DNA of 64,000 nucleotides. Origin: an uncultured Verrucomicrobiae bacterium (GTDB lineage Bacteria > Verrucomicrobiota > Verrucomicrobiia > Chthoniobacterales > Chthoniobacteraceae). Shown here one piece after another: positions 20,173 through 31,079 of the stretch. The stretch spans positions 1,376,001 through 1,440,000 of the forward strand of contig CAWIKF010000002.1 in the NCBI GenBank assembly GCA_963836755.1, given 5' to 3'. Both the position numbers and the translations under genes were made by a program. The notes beneath the pieces were generated by a model. That model did not search any database, had not been told where the DNA came from, and worked only from the letters and a program-made list of their open reading frames with translations. Each line of letters opens with the position of its first letter. The first letter of the stretch is position 1.

Positions 20173-20541
20173 ATGAAAACCAAAACAATCCTCAGCGCAC
20201 TGGCCGCACTCTCTCTCGGAGCGGGCGTGGCAGTCGCACAGACAAATACACAGACAGACGGAGGCGCGGCCTCCACGACGGGAACGACCGGAGCTGGAAT
20301 TGACACTCCGAGCGGCTCGCCGTCGCCCGGCGGTTCCTCCGGTTCCTCCGGCTCGAGCCACAAAGGCCACGGGAAACATCATCATAAATCGGAGGCGAGT
20401 CCGAGCGCCTCGATGAGCGGCGGCGGCACGGCGGGAGCCGGCGCGACTGACTCCGGCGCGAGTGGCTCCAATGCCACGAGCACTGGCACCAGCGACACGG
20501 GCACTGGCACCGGCACAAACGCCGGCGCAGGCGCGAAGTAA
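20173..20541 (+). CDS. Small secreted Gly/Ser/Thr-rich protein
   Basis: Signal peptide MKTKTILSALAAL...AVA; low complexity; His/Lys patch. Confidence 0.75.
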   Translation: MKTKTILSALAALSLGAGVAVAQTNTQTDGGAASTTGTTGAGIDTPSGSPSPGGSSGSSGSSHKGHGKHHHKSEASPSASMSGGGTAGAGATDSGASGSNATSTGTSDTGTGTGTNAGAGAK

Positions 20542-20579
20542 CCGCATTTAATCCAGTCGAATCACCGGCTGTCGAAACA

Positions 20580-20614
20580 GCGCCCGCGTCGAAAGGCTCG
20601 GGCGCTTTTCTTTT
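20580..20614 (+). terminator. Intrinsic terminator
   Basis: gcgcccg...cgggcgc stem then T tract. Confidence 0.65.
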
Positions 20615-20721
20615 CCTCCACGAGCGCGCGGAGCTCTTCGCGATGCGCGAACTAATGTGTGGCAGACCCGCGCATTTTGCGCTTCATTGCGCGTTCCCCG
20701 ACGAAAGCCGGGGCAGCTTTT

Positions 20722-23694
20722 ATGGTCAACTGGCTCTTAAAGAAAATCGTCGGCTCGAAAAACACGAGCGAGATCAAGCGCATGCGCCCGCTCGTGGAGC
20801 AGATCAACGCGCTCGAGGTGAAATTGCAGGGCGTGAGCGACGACGAACTCCGCGCGAAGACGGCGGCGTGGAAAGCCGAGATTTCTGCAATCGAAAACCC
20901 GGACGAGCAGCAGCGGCGGCTCGATGAACTTTTGCCCGAGGCGTTCGCGGTTGTTAAAAATACCGCGCGCAGATTGTGCGGCCGGACGATCAGCATCGTC
21001 GATCATCCGATGACCTGGAATATGGTGCACTTTGACGTGCAGCTCATCGGCGGGATGGTTTTGCACAAAGGCCGAATCGCGGAGATGGCGACGGGCGAAG
21101 GCAAAACCCTCGTGGCGACTTTGCCGCTCTATTTAAATGCGCTCGCCGGCCGCGGTGCGCATCTCGTGACGGTGAATGATTACCTCGCGCGCCGCGATGC
21201 GGAGTGGATGGGGACGCTGTTCAATTTTCTCGGGCTGACCGTCGGCATCATCCAGCACGATCAGCCGCCGGATGTGCGGCGGGCGCAGTATTATTGCGAC
21301 ATCACCTACGGCACGAACTCGGAGTTCGGCTTCGATTACCTGCGCGACAACGGAATGGCGACGACGAAGGAACAGCAGGTGCAGCGCGGCTACTATTTCG
21401 CCATCGTCGATGAAGTCGATTCGATCCTGATCGACGAGGCGCGCACGCCTTTGATCATCAGCGGCCCGGCGACGGTCTCAACGCATCAATACGACAAATT
21501 CAAGCCGCTGGTCGAACAACTCGTCCGCAAACAGACGATGCTTTGCAACCGGCTCGCGAGCGAGGCCGACGAGTTATTTAAACAAGGGAAAAGTCAGGAA
21601 GCGGGCGTGCTGATGTTCAAGGTCAAGCTTGGCCAGCCGCGCAACAAACAATTTTTGCGCTCGATGGAAGATGCGGAAAAGCGGCGCGCAATCGACAAAG
21701 CGGAGCTCTCGTTTTATTCCGACGCGCAAAAAGAGGAGCTTTTCAAACTGAAGGAAGAGCTCTTTTTCACCATCGACGAGCGCGCGCACGAAGCCGATCT
21801 CAGCGAGCAGGGACGCGAGTTTTTAAACCCGGACGAACCGGATGCGTTCGTGCTGCCGGACTTGATGACGCAGTTCGCGGACATCGACAACGCGCCGCTG
21901 ACCGACGCGCAAAAGGCCGAGGAAAAAGCGAAGCGGCAGGCTTACATGGATCACCAGAGCGAGCGCATTCACAACATCTCGCAACTGCTGCGCGCGTATT
22001 GCCTTTTCGAAAAAGATGTCCAATACGTCGTCGAGGAAAACAAGGTGATGATCGTGGACGAATACACCGGTCGCAAAATGCCGGGACGCCGCTGGAGCGA
22101 CGGATTACACCAGGCGGTCGAGGCGAAGGAAGGCGTGCAGATCGACCGCGAAACGCAGACGCTGGCGACGATCACGATCCAGAATTATTTTCGGCTCTAT
22201 TATAAATTGGCGGGCATGACCGGCACCGCGGAGACCGAGGCGAACGAGTTTCACGACATTTACAAACTCGATGTGAACGTGATCCCGACGAACCGGCCGG
22301 TCGCGCGCAAAGACGCGAACGATTTGATTTTCAAAACGCGGCGCGAAAAGTTCAACGCGGTCGTCAACGAGTTGAAAGTCGCGCACGCGAAAGGACAGCC
22401 GGTGCTCGTCGGCACGGTCAGCGTCGAGTCGAGCGAACTGGTTTCGCGGATGCTCAAGCGCGAAAAAATTCCGCACAACGTCCTCAACGCGAAATACCAC
22501 ATGCAGGAGGCCGACATCGTCGCGCGCGCCGGCCAGCCGGGCACGGTGACGATTTCGACGAACATGGCGGGACGCGGCACCGACATCAAACTCGGGCAAG
22601 GCGTCTCGGAAGTCGGCGGACTTTACGTCATCGGCACGGAGCGGCACGAGTCGCGCCGCATCGACCGGCAGTTGCGCGGACGCTGCGCGCGGCAGGGCGA
22701 TCCGGGCACGTCAAAATTTTACGTCTCGTTTGAAGATGATCTCATGCGCAACTTCGGCGCTGCCGATCGCATGACGAAAATCATGGAGCGCTTTGGCATG
22801 AAGGAAGGCGAGGAGCTCGAGCATCCGTGGCTGAACAAAAGTGTCGAGACCGCGCAGAAGCGCGTCGAGCAGCGGAATTATTTGATGCGCAAACGGACGC
22901 TCGAGTTTGACGACGTGATGAACAAGCAGCGCGAAGTCGTTTACGGGTATCGCAACGAAGCGATCGAGAGCGACGATCCGCGGAAGATGATTTTTGAGGT
23001 CATCGATGAAGCGGTTCCAAACAAAGTGCAGGAATATCTCGCTGCCGATGAAGAGGCCGGCCCGAACTACAGCGGTTTGCTGAATTGGGTGAACATGACT
23101 TTCCCGCTCGGCCTCACCGCGGAAAAGGCCGAGTTTGAAAAAAAGACGGTCGAGGAAACGACGGAGTTTCTGGTGAACCGGATCAAAAAATCTTACGAGC
23201 TGAAGTGCCAGCACGAGATGAGCGATGCGGTCAAAAGTCTGGAGCGCTACATTATTTTAAACGCGATCGACCGGCTCTGGCAGGAGCATCTTTACGCGAT
23301 GGATTCGCTGCGCGAGGCAGTTTATTTGCGTGCCTACGGCCAACAGGATCCGCTGGTGGAATACAAGAACGAGGCTTACGAAATGTTCGTCGAGCTGATG
23401 TTGAACATCAAAAATGAAGTGTTAAACAACCTTTTCCGAAGCACTTCCAATCTGTTGGCTTTCGAACAATTCCTGCTCAAGCTACCGCAGCATTTGCTCA
23501 GCGCGGACAACCCCGCCCCGGCAGGCCAGAACATGGGATTAAAAGTCCAAGGTTCGCCGGGCTCGGAAGAGCAGGGCGCCGCGAGCGTCGAGCTGTCGCA
23601 GATCCGCCGCGAGCTGCCGAAGATCGGGCGCAACGATCCGTGTCCGTGCGGGAGCGGGAGAAAGTTCAAGAGCTGCTGCGGCCGCACCGCGTAG
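20722..23694 (+). CDS. secA: Protein translocase SecA
   Basis: MATGEGKT, DEVDSILIDEARTPLIIS, QLRGRCARQGDPG, SEC-C tail. Confidence 0.98.
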   Translation: MVNWLLKKIVGSKNTSEIKRMRPLVEQINALEVKLQGVSDDELRAKTAAWKAEISAIENPDEQQRRLDELLPEAFAVVKNTARRLCGRTISIVDHPMTWNMVHFDVQLIGGMVLHKGRIAEMATGEGKTLVATLPLYLNALAGRGAHLVTVNDYLARRDAEWMGTLFNFLGLTVGIIQHDQPPDVRRAQYYCDITYGTNSEFGFDYLRDNGMATTKEQQVQRGYYFAIVDEVDSILIDEARTPLIISGPATVSTHQYDKFKPLVEQLVRKQTMLCNRLASEADELFKQGKSQEAGVLMFKVKLGQPRNKQFLRSMEDAEKRRAIDKAELSFYSDAQKEELFKLKEELFFTIDERAHEADLSEQGREFLNPDEPDAFVLPDLMTQFADIDNAPLTDAQKAEEKAKRQAYMDHQSERIHNISQLLRAYCLFEKDVQYVVEENKVMIVDEYTGRKMPGRRWSDGLHQAVEAKEGVQIDRETQTLATITIQNYFRLYYKLAGMTGTAETEANEFHDIYKLDVNVIPTNRPVARKDANDLIFKTRREKFNAVVNELKVAHAKGQPVLVGTVSVESSELVSRMLKREKIPHNVLNAKYHMQEADIVARAGQPGTVTISTNMAGRGTDIKLGQGVSEVGGLYVIGTERHESRRIDRQLRGRCARQGDPGTSKFYVSFEDDLMRNFGAADRMTKIMERFGMKEGEELEHPWLNKSVETAQKRVEQRNYLMRKRTLEFDDVMNKQREVVYGYRNEAIESDDPRKMIFEVIDEAVPNKVQEYLAADEEAGPNYSGLLNWVNMTFPLGLTAEKAEFEKKTVEETTEFLVNRIKKSYELKCQHEMSDAVKSLERYIILNAIDRLWQEHLYAMDSLREAVYLRAYGQQDPLVEYKNEAYEMFVELMLNIKNEVLNNLFRSTSNLLAFEQFLLKLPQHLLSADNPAPAGQNMGLKVQGSPGSEEQGAASVELSQIRRELPKIGRNDPCPCGSGRKFKSCCGRTA

Positions 23695-24069
23695 CGCGCG
23701 TTTGATTTTTTAACGCGCCCTAGCAAAGACGCATTGCACCTGCGTCAAACACTTTTGCTTGCCGTGGAACAATTTCCGCCTAGATTCTGCGGCGTTGGAC
23801 GCGGGTGCCCTCACTCGGTTTTCCTCGGTTTCTCATGAAGATGTTGATGTTGTCGATCATGTGTCCAGTGCGGAACGTGTTGCTGGCCATGCGGCGAATC
23901 TTCGCGACCATGGCACAGCTGAAAAATCGGATCGAACTGCGGCTGCGTCCAACTTTCACCGGCGAAGTTTTCCATGCCCGGTCGGGGCCGCGATTCGCGA
24001 TCCCGATTCCGCGATGGAGCTGTGCAAACGCACGCTACGCCATTCACGCAACTCTACTTGGAACCAATC

Positions 24070-24618
24070 ATGAGAACTCAAGACCGACGATCGGGCCACC
24101 ACCACTCTTCGCGTGGCGGCTCGCGTCAACGCAGCAGCAGCGGCGGCCGCTCCAGCAGGCCAGCGCCGCGTCCCGTTAAGTTAACTTTCTGGCAAAAGGT
24201 CGCAGCCTTTTTCACTGGAAAAAAATCCGGAACAGCTCCAGCCGAGAACAGCAACCGGAGCGAGCGCCGGCCGCGTGGAGATCGCTTCGAGCGCGACCAA
24301 TCGCGTCAAAGTCGCAAGCCGGAATTGATCGAGGTGAGCTCACCGAAACTCTACGTCGGCAACCTTTCGTTCGACGCGACGGAGAGCGACCTGTTCGACC
24401 TCTTCAACGGGGTCGGCAGTGTGCAAAACGCGGAAGTCGTGAGCCATAAATACACGCAAAAATCGAAAGGCTTTGCCTTTGTCATCATGGCGAGCATCGA
24501 TGAAGCGAAGCGCGCGGTCGTGGAATTGCACGACAAAGAATTCATGGGCCGCAAGCTCGTGGTGAGCGGCGCGAAGACCAGCGACGCGCGCGGCAGCTCG
24601 AACGGACACGACGAGTAA
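24070..24618 (+). CDS. RRM RNA-binding protein with Arg/Ser-rich N-terminus
   Basis: KLYVGNLSF (RNP2), KGFAFV (RNP1). Confidence 0.9.
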   Translation: MRTQDRRSGHHHSSRGGSRQRSSSGGRSSRPAPRPVKLTFWQKVAAFFTGKKSGTAPAENSNRSERRPRGDRFERDQSRQSRKPELIEVSSPKLYVGNLSFDATESDLFDLFNGVGSVQNAEVVSHKYTQKSKGFAFVIMASIDEAKRAVVELHDKEFMGRKLVVSGAKTSDARGSSNGHDE

Positions 24619-24640
24619 AACGCGTTTTCGTCTGCTTTAG

Positions 24641-24678
24641 AAAAGACTCACCGTTTGCGCGGTGAGTCTTTTTTTTTC
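24641..24678 (+). terminator. Intrinsic terminator
   Basis: aaaagactcaccg...cggtgagtctttt then T run. Confidence 0.85.
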
Positions 24679-24817
24679 GCGTCGGAATCAATTTTTCAAA
24701 CGCGCCCGCGCAGCAAATTATTTGAGGATAAATACCGCCTTGACGTTTTAGCGGCAATTCCCCATCTATGTCGCCGATTTTCCGCCGAGCTAGCATTCAA
24801 GCGGGTTCGCGATTTTT

Positions 24818-27148
24818 TTGCATATGAAAAACACCCTTCATTTTATTGCGCGGAGATGCCCCGTCTCCTGCCTGCTGGCTTTGATTTGGCTGCTGCTGCC
24901 GACGTTTGCGATGCATGCGCAAGTTCCCGCGCCCGACCTGATCGTGAAACAAATCACGATTCAATACGCCGGGCCGGAAACGATCAGCCGTGAGCGGATT
25001 TTGGCAAACATGCGGACGAAAGTCGGCAAGCCGTATTCCGAGCAGGCCGTCGAAGAAGATGTGCGAAATCTTTACGCGACGGGGCAGGTGACGAACGTCC
25101 GCATTTTTGGCGAACCGCAGACCGACGGCGTCAAAGTCGTGGTCGTCGTGCAATCAAAAGCAACGGTCGGAAGCGTGCACATCGAAGGCGCGACGCAGAT
25201 CAAACCGAGCACTCTAGTCAAATCGCTCGCGACAAAGGCGGGCACAACGTTGAGCGAAGCAACGGTGGAAGCCGATCGGCAAAAAATTCTCGACACCTAC
25301 TCGAGCCACAATTTTACGGAGACGCAGGTCACGGAAAAAACGAACATGGATGAGGCGACGGGCAAAGCGGATGTTTTCTTCACCGTGATCGAAGGCGGCA
25401 AAACGGACATCCGCGCGATTCATTTCGAGGGGAATACGAAATTCACGGCAAAGCAGCTGCGCAAGGTCATCAAAACGAAGACCAAAAATTTGCTCTCATT
25501 CGTCACGAAGGCTGGTCGTTACAATACGGAGCAGATTGAATCAGACCAGCAGGCGCTGCGCGAATTTTACCAAAATCACGGCTACGTCGACGTTAAAATC
25601 GGCGACGTCCGCGTCGATCGCACAGGCAAAAACGTGACGCTCACGATTCCGATTACGGAAGGAATTCAATATCATGTCGGCAGCGTCGCAGTGACGGGCG
25701 CGCAGGTTTTCCCGACCGACGAAGTGATGCAGCACGTCAAGACGAAGACTGGAAATGTATTTTCGCCCGCGGATTTGCGCGCGGATTCCAAGGCGATTGG
25801 CGACCTTTACGGCGCACGCGGTTACATTGATCTGCAGGTGAATGCGGATACGTCGACCGGCGGGCCGGCCGTGATCAACGTCGATTACAAAATCGATGAG
25901 GGAAATCAGTCTTACGTCGAGCGCATCAACATTTCCGGCAACACACGCACGAAGGACAAGGTCATTCGCCGCGAGCTCGCTGTCTCGCCGGGCGATGTGT
26001 ATGACAGCGTGCGCGTCGACGCGAGCAAGCAGCGCCTGCAAAACCTGAATTACTTTTCGCGCATCGACACGTATCCGTCGGACACGCTCGTGCCCGGTCG
26101 GAAAGATCTAAACGTGCTCGTGGAGGAAAAGCGCACCGGCTCTTTCAACTTTGGCGCCGGCTTTTCAACCATCGACAGCTTGCTCGGTTTCGTCGAAGTG
26201 CAGCAGTCGAATTTCGACCTTTTCAAATGGCCCGACTTTACCGGCGGCGGCCAGCGTTTCCGCGCGCGCGTTCAATACGGCACGCAGCGCAAAGACTTTT
26301 TGCTTTCGCTCACCGAGCCATGGTTTCTCGACTATCAAGTCGCAGTCGGCGGCGAACTTTTCTACAACGAAGCGCAGTTCATTTCGACTGTTTACAACCA
26401 AAAAAATTACGGCTTTGACCTGAATGCACGCAAGGCGCTGACGCCGGACATCTCGGTGCGGCTCGATTATCGGCTCGAGGAGATCGATATCTTTGACGTC
26501 TCCAGTGATGTCTCGGATACCATCCGCCAAGATGAGGGCAACCATTTGAAAAGTTCGATCACGACCGGGATCACCTATGACACGCGCGACAGCGTGTTCC
26601 TCACGCGGCGCGGCCGGAAGATCGATCTTTCCGCATACGTCGCCGGCGGTCCGCTCGGCGGGAATGACGATATTTACGGCTTTGATTTGAGCGGAAGCCA
26701 ATATTTTCCGCTGCCGTGGGACACGATCTTTCTCATCAATGGCGAAGTCGCGACGGTCTCATCATGGGCTGGCGGCGACCACGTGCCGATTTTTGACCGG
26801 CTTTATCTCGGCGGTGCGAATAATTTGCGCGGCTTCAAATATCGCTATGCGGGTCCGAAGGATGAAAACGGCCAGCCGATCGGCGGAAACACGCTCGCAC
26901 GGCTGACGTTTGAATACACGTTCCCGATCGTCGACCGCGTGCGCGGCGCTGTTTTCAATGACACCGGCTTCGTAAACCGCGGCACCTATCAGCCGACCCT
27001 CAACAACCTTGACTCCGACGTCGGCATCGGCCTGCGGCTTGATTTGCCGATCGGCCCGGTGCGTCTCGACTATGGCATTCCCGTGACTTCAAGCCACGGG
27101 GGCAGTCACGGCGGCAAATTCAACTTCACGATTGGCTACCAATTTTGA
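24818..27148 (+). CDS. bamA: Outer membrane protein assembly factor BamA
   Basis: POTRA repeats, GNTRTKDKVIRRE, NLRGF, C-terminal YQF. Confidence 0.96.
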   Translation: MHMKNTLHFIARRCPVSCLLALIWLLLPTFAMHAQVPAPDLIVKQITIQYAGPETISRERILANMRTKVGKPYSEQAVEEDVRNLYATGQVTNVRIFGEPQTDGVKVVVVVQSKATVGSVHIEGATQIKPSTLVKSLATKAGTTLSEATVEADRQKILDTYSSHNFTETQVTEKTNMDEATGKADVFFTVIEGGKTDIRAIHFEGNTKFTAKQLRKVIKTKTKNLLSFVTKAGRYNTEQIESDQQALREFYQNHGYVDVKIGDVRVDRTGKNVTLTIPITEGIQYHVGSVAVTGAQVFPTDEVMQHVKTKTGNVFSPADLRADSKAIGDLYGARGYIDLQVNADTSTGGPAVINVDYKIDEGNQSYVERINISGNTRTKDKVIRRELAVSPGDVYDSVRVDASKQRLQNLNYFSRIDTYPSDTLVPGRKDLNVLVEEKRTGSFNFGAGFSTIDSLLGFVEVQQSNFDLFKWPDFTGGGQRFRARVQYGTQRKDFLLSLTEPWFLDYQVAVGGELFYNEAQFISTVYNQKNYGFDLNARKALTPDISVRLDYRLEEIDIFDVSSDVSDTIRQDEGNHLKSSITTGITYDTRDSVFLTRRGRKIDLSAYVAGGPLGGNDDIYGFDLSGSQYFPLPWDTIFLINGEVATVSSWAGGDHVPIFDRLYLGGANNLRGFKYRYAGPKDENGQPIGGNTLARLTFEYTFPIVDRVRGAVFNDTGFVNRGTYQPTLNNLDSDVGIGLRLDLPIGPVRLDYGIPVTSSHGGSHGGKFNFTIGYQF

Positions 27149-27201
27149 ACGAAAATTTCTGGACGCAGTCTCACCGTCTCCTAGAATCACCAATCCAATT
27201 T

Positions 27202-27804
27202 ATGAAAAAATTCACTATTCCGGTTCTTGTGACCGTTGCCTTTCTCACCAGCGCTCTCTCTGCTCATGCGCAATCGAAAATCGGCACCGTGGACATGAAC
27301 AAAATCTTCTCGTCCTATTATAAAACCAAGGACGCCGAGTCTCGCATCAATGAAGCGCGCGCCGCTGCGAAGAAAGAGCTCGACGACCGGATGGAGAATT
27401 ACAAAAAAAATCTCGACGCCATCAATAAGCTCAATGACGACATCAACAACGCGGCGTTGAGCAAGGACAAGAAAGAGGAGAGCTCGAAAAAACGCGACGA
27501 CATGATCGCGGAAACGAAAAACCTCGAGCGCGAGATCGGTGAGTTCCGCACCACGCGCGAGAAGCAGCTTCAAGAACAAGCTGTCCGGATGCGCAATGGC
27601 ATCGTCGATGAAATCACGAAGCTGGTCCAGGCCGAGGTCAAGAGCAACAACTACGAGCTTGTGCTCGACAAATCAGGCTCCAGCCTGAACGGCGTTCCGA
27701 TCGTGCTTTTCTCGCGAGAAGAAGATGACTTCAGCGACAAAATCATCACGCAACTCAACAAGACGAAACCGAAAGATACGGGCGCTCCGGCTCCGAAATC
27801 CTAA
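27202..27804 (+). CDS. skp: Skp/OmpH periplasmic chaperone
   Basis: KIGTVDMNKIF, coiled coil; between bamA and lpxD. Confidence 0.92.
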   Translation: MKKFTIPVLVTVAFLTSALSAHAQSKIGTVDMNKIFSSYYKTKDAESRINEARAAAKKELDDRMENYKKNLDAINKLNDDINNAALSKDKKEESSKKRDDMIAETKNLEREIGEFRTTREKQLQEQAVRMRNGIVDEITKLVQAEVKSNNYELVLDKSGSSLNGVPIVLFSREEDDFSDKIITQLNKTKPKDTGAPAPKS

Positions 27805-27928
27805 ACCGCCAGAAACCGATTTAGCCAAGTCCGTTGCTCCAAAAGGGGCAGCGGACTTTTGCTTTTCCGGAACTGTTGCCACGCACTTTCAAATCCGTCA
27901 TTGTTCGTGCCGAATTTTCAGCAGCCCT

Positions 27929-28960
27929 ATGAAAGCGACCATCGATGAAATTGCGAAGCTCGTGCGCGGACAGGTAAGTGGCGGCCCCGGCGAGAGCCTC
28001 ATTACTGGCGCCGCTTCGATCGCCGACGCCGTGGAAGGCCAGCTCACTTTTTTTGGGAACTCGCGGTATTTGCCGGCGCTGAAAAGTTGCCGCGCGACTG
28101 CTGTGCTCGTGCCTCTCGATTTTTCCGAGGAAATTCCTCCCACGCAGATTCGCGTTGAAAATCCTTCGCTCGCCTTCGCGCAAATTTTGGAAAAGTTCGC
28201 GGCCGCTCCTGCTGTTTACGAGCCGGGCGTCCATGCAACGGCAGTGCTCGGCGAAAATGTGGTGATCGAGGAAGGCGTCTCAATCCAGCCCTACGCGGTC
28301 ATCGAAAGCGGCGTCCGAATCGGCGCGCGAACGGTCATCGGCGCGCACTGTTTCATCGGCCAGCACGCTTCCATCGGAGCGGATTGCAAAATCTTTCCGC
28401 ACGTCACGATCCGCGAGCGATCGCTGCTCGGCGATCGCGTCGCGATTCATAGCGGCACCGTCATCGGAAGCGACGGATTCGGCTACGAGTTTTCGCAAGG
28501 TCGTCACGTTAAAATCCCCCAAATCGGGATTGTTCAGATCGATGAAGACGTAGAAATCGGAGCAAATGTCACCATTGATCGAGCGCGTTTCGGGCGCACC
28601 TGGATTCAAACCGGCACCAAAATCGACAATCTCGTGCAGATCGCGCACAACGTCACCATCGGGAAACATAGCATCATCGTCTCGCAAGTCGGCATCTCCG
28701 GCAGCTCGCGTCTGGGCGATTATGTCACACTAGCAGGTCAAGTCGGATTGGTTGGACACATCCAGGTGGGGGACCGAGCAATCGTTGGTGCCAAGAGTGG
28801 AGTGAGTAAGAATGTCCCAGCCGGCGAGCATTGGTTTGGGATTCCGGCGCTGGAGCACGGAGAGTTCAAGCAGCGGTTTGCCTATGTGAATCGCCTGGAG
28901 AAATTGGTCGCGCGCGTGAAAAAACTCGAGGAGCTTTTGGAAGCACAGTCAAAACTTTGA
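27929..28960 (+). CDS. lpxD: UDP-3-O-acylglucosamine N-acyltransferase
   Basis: GSDGFGY, KIDNLVQIAHN, hexapeptide repeats. Confidence 0.96.
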   Translation: MKATIDEIAKLVRGQVSGGPGESLITGAASIADAVEGQLTFFGNSRYLPALKSCRATAVLVPLDFSEEIPPTQIRVENPSLAFAQILEKFAAAPAVYEPGVHATAVLGENVVIEEGVSIQPYAVIESGVRIGARTVIGAHCFIGQHASIGADCKIFPHVTIRERSLLGDRVAIHSGTVIGSDGFGYEFSQGRHVKIPQIGIVQIDEDVEIGANVTIDRARFGRTWIQTGTKIDNLVQIAHNVTIGKHSIIVSQVGISGSSRLGDYVTLAGQVGLVGHIQVGDRAIVGAKSGVSKNVPAGEHWFGIPALEHGEFKQRFAYVNRLEKLVARVKKLEELLEAQSKL

Positions 28961-29016
28961 CTCGAGAAACTTAGGCTTGTCCGGAGCCGGCCCGCGATTA
29001 AATTCATGAAATCGCG

Positions 29017-29511
29017 ATGCGTAGCAAGGAAAAGCCCACTCGCAAGAAAGCCACGTCGGCGAAAAGCCGCAAACGGTTGATGGCGCATCCGCGTCTGCCG
29101 ATGCAGCGTCAGCTTCCGTTTGCGCATGAGGGCCGCTATTTCGACCTCAAGGAAATTTTCGCGAAGCTGAATGCGAAATATTTCCGGAAATCTCTTCGCG
29201 GTTACACGATCACCTGGGGGCGCAAACGCAAGGAGCGGCCGCGCGAATATTTCATCTTTGGTTCGATCCAGGAGCAGGACAAAGTTATTCGCATCCATCC
29301 GCTGCTCGACGCGCGTTTCGTGCCGCGCTGGTTTTTGGAATACGTGATTTACCACGAGATGCTGCATTCCGTGGTGCCGGACGAATATGACCGGAAGCGC
29401 CGCCGACGGATTGTGCACACGGAAAAGTTTCGGGATCGCGAGCAGCGTTATCCGTGGTATCGCCGCGCTCGGAAGTGGGAAGAGGAAAATCTCGCGCGCT
29501 TTTTGCAATAG
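29017..29511 (+). CDS. SprT-like zinc metalloprotease domain protein
   Basis: YVIYHEMLH (HExxH) and downstream HTEKF. Confidence 0.75.
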   Translation: MRSKEKPTRKKATSAKSRKRLMAHPRLPMQRQLPFAHEGRYFDLKEIFAKLNAKYFRKSLRGYTITWGRKRKERPREYFIFGSIQEQDKVIRIHPLLDARFVPRWFLEYVIYHEMLHSVVPDEYDRKRRRRIVHTEKFRDREQRYPWYRRARKWEEENLARFLQ

Positions 29512-29523
29512 CTCCGCAAAGTT

Positions 29524-30009
29524 TTACGGTGCCGGTTTGCAGTTTCGCTTTGCCAAAAAGAAATTCCGCAGCAGATATCGGCATTCATCCATTCGCACAC
29601 CGGACGTGATTTCGCAGCGGTGGTTCAGCGACGGATGTTGCAGGATGTTTAACAATCCGCCGGCACCACCGCCGCGTTCATCAGGCGCGCCAAAAATGAC
29701 ACGCCGCACGCGTGCATGCACGAGAGCTCCGGCGCACATCGGGCACGGTTCTTTTGTAACATAGAGATCGCAATCATTCAGCCGCCAGTCGCCGATGACG
29801 CTGGCCGCTTGCGTGATTGCAAGGATCTCCGCGTGCGCCGTCGCATCTTTGAGCGTCTCGACCTGATTGCACGAGCGCGCGATGATTTCGCCTTGAAAGA
29901 TGACGACCGCGCCAACTGGAACCTCATCCTGGCGTGCGGCTTTGTGCGCCTGCCGCAGCGCTTCGCCCATGAAATATTGGTCGCTGCCGAGGTCAATTAT
30001 TTCGTCCAT
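29524..30009 (-). CDS. tadA: tRNA adenosine deaminase
   Basis: EVPVGAV, AHAE, EPCPMC. Confidence 0.93.
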   Translation of the reverse strand: MDEIIDLGSDQYFMGEALRQAHKAARQDEVPVGAVVIFQGEIIARSCNQVETLKDATAHAEILAITQAASVIGDWRLNDCDLYVTKEPCPMCAGALVHARVRRVIFGAPDERGGGAGGLLNILQHPSLNHRCEITSGVRMDECRYLLRNFFLAKRNCKPAP

Positions 30010-30085
30010 CGCGGAAAAAGTTTGCGTCGGGCGCGGTTTGAGTTATGAAACAGGGCTCTCAATTTTTTACCCGAAGCCGCAGACC

Positions 30086-30424
30086 ATGAACATCATCGAC
30101 ACCATCGAAAAGGAACAATTTAAAAAAGAAGTCGCGACCTTCAAAGTCGGCGACAGCGTCCGCGTTCACACCCGCGTGGTCGAAGGCGACAAGGAGCGCA
30201 TCCAGATTTTCACCGGCATCGTCATCGGTCGCAAAGGCATCGGCATCAATGCGAGCTTCACGGTGCGCCGCATTTCCTACGGCGAAGGCGTCGAGCGCGT
30301 ATTCCCGCTGCACTCGCCGCGCGTGGCGAAGATCGAGGTGGAAACGGCGGGCACAGCTCGCCGAGCAAAGTTGAATTACCTGCGCGGCCGCAAGGGCAAA
30401 CAGGCGATGGCCGTTCGCGAGTAG
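30086..30424 (+). CDS. rplS: 50S ribosomal protein L19
   Basis: [30 protein letters not shown]. Confidence 0.97.
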   Translation: MNIIDTIEKEQFKKEVATFKVGDSVRVHTRVVEGDKERIQIFTGIVIGRKGIGINASFTVRRISYGEGVERVFPLHSPRVAKIEVETAGTARRAKLNYLRGRKGKQAMAVRE

Positions 30425-30458
30425 TTGCCGCTTTTTTTAACCGCGCGATTTTCCCGCC

Positions 30459-31079
30459 ATGCGCTGCACTCTCAAGCACGAGCGCGCGCTGCGCAAAACG
30501 GGAGTCGAAATCATCGCGGGCATTGACGAAGCGGGACGCGGACCGCTGGCTGGCCCGGTCGTCGCGGCGGCGGTGATCCTGCCGGAAAAGTTTCGGCACA
30601 AAACGCTGAACGATTCCAAAAAACTTCGCGCGGAAGTTCGCGCAGAAATTTACGCAGAACTGACGGAGCGTCCGGATATTGTCTGGGCCGTCTGCGTGAT
30701 CGAATGCGAGGAAATCGACCGCTGTAATATTTTGCGCGCGACGCATCGCGCGATGCGTGAGGCCGTGACGGCATTGCAGGCTGCGCCTCATCACGTGCTC
30801 ATCGACGGTCTGCCCGTGCGGCCTTTTCCATATCCGCACACCGCGATTGTCGACGGCGATGCGAAAAGTTTGTCGATCGCCGCCGCGAGCGTCATCGCGA
30901 AAGTGACGCGCGACCGAATCATGGTGAGGATGGAAGCGCTGTATCCCGACTATGGTTTTGCGCGGCACAAAGGCTACGCGACCGAGATGCATCTCGAACG
31001 ACTGCAAACCCATGGCCCTTGCCCGATCCATCGCAAAACTTTTCTCCCGGTCGCTCAGCGCCTTGACGGTCTCAGCTGA
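30459..31079 (+). CDS. rnhB: Ribonuclease HII
   Basis: GIDEAGRGPLAGPV, DSKK, IAAASVIAKVTRD. Confidence 0.97.
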   Translation: MRCTLKHERALRKTGVEIIAGIDEAGRGPLAGPVVAAAVILPEKFRHKTLNDSKKLRAEVRAEIYAELTERPDIVWAVCVIECEEIDRCNILRATHRAMREAVTALQAAPHHVLIDGLPVRPFPYPHTAIVDGDAKSLSIAAASVIAKVTRDRIMVRMEALYPDYGFARHKGYATEMHLERLQTHGPCPIHRKTFLPVAQRLDGLS

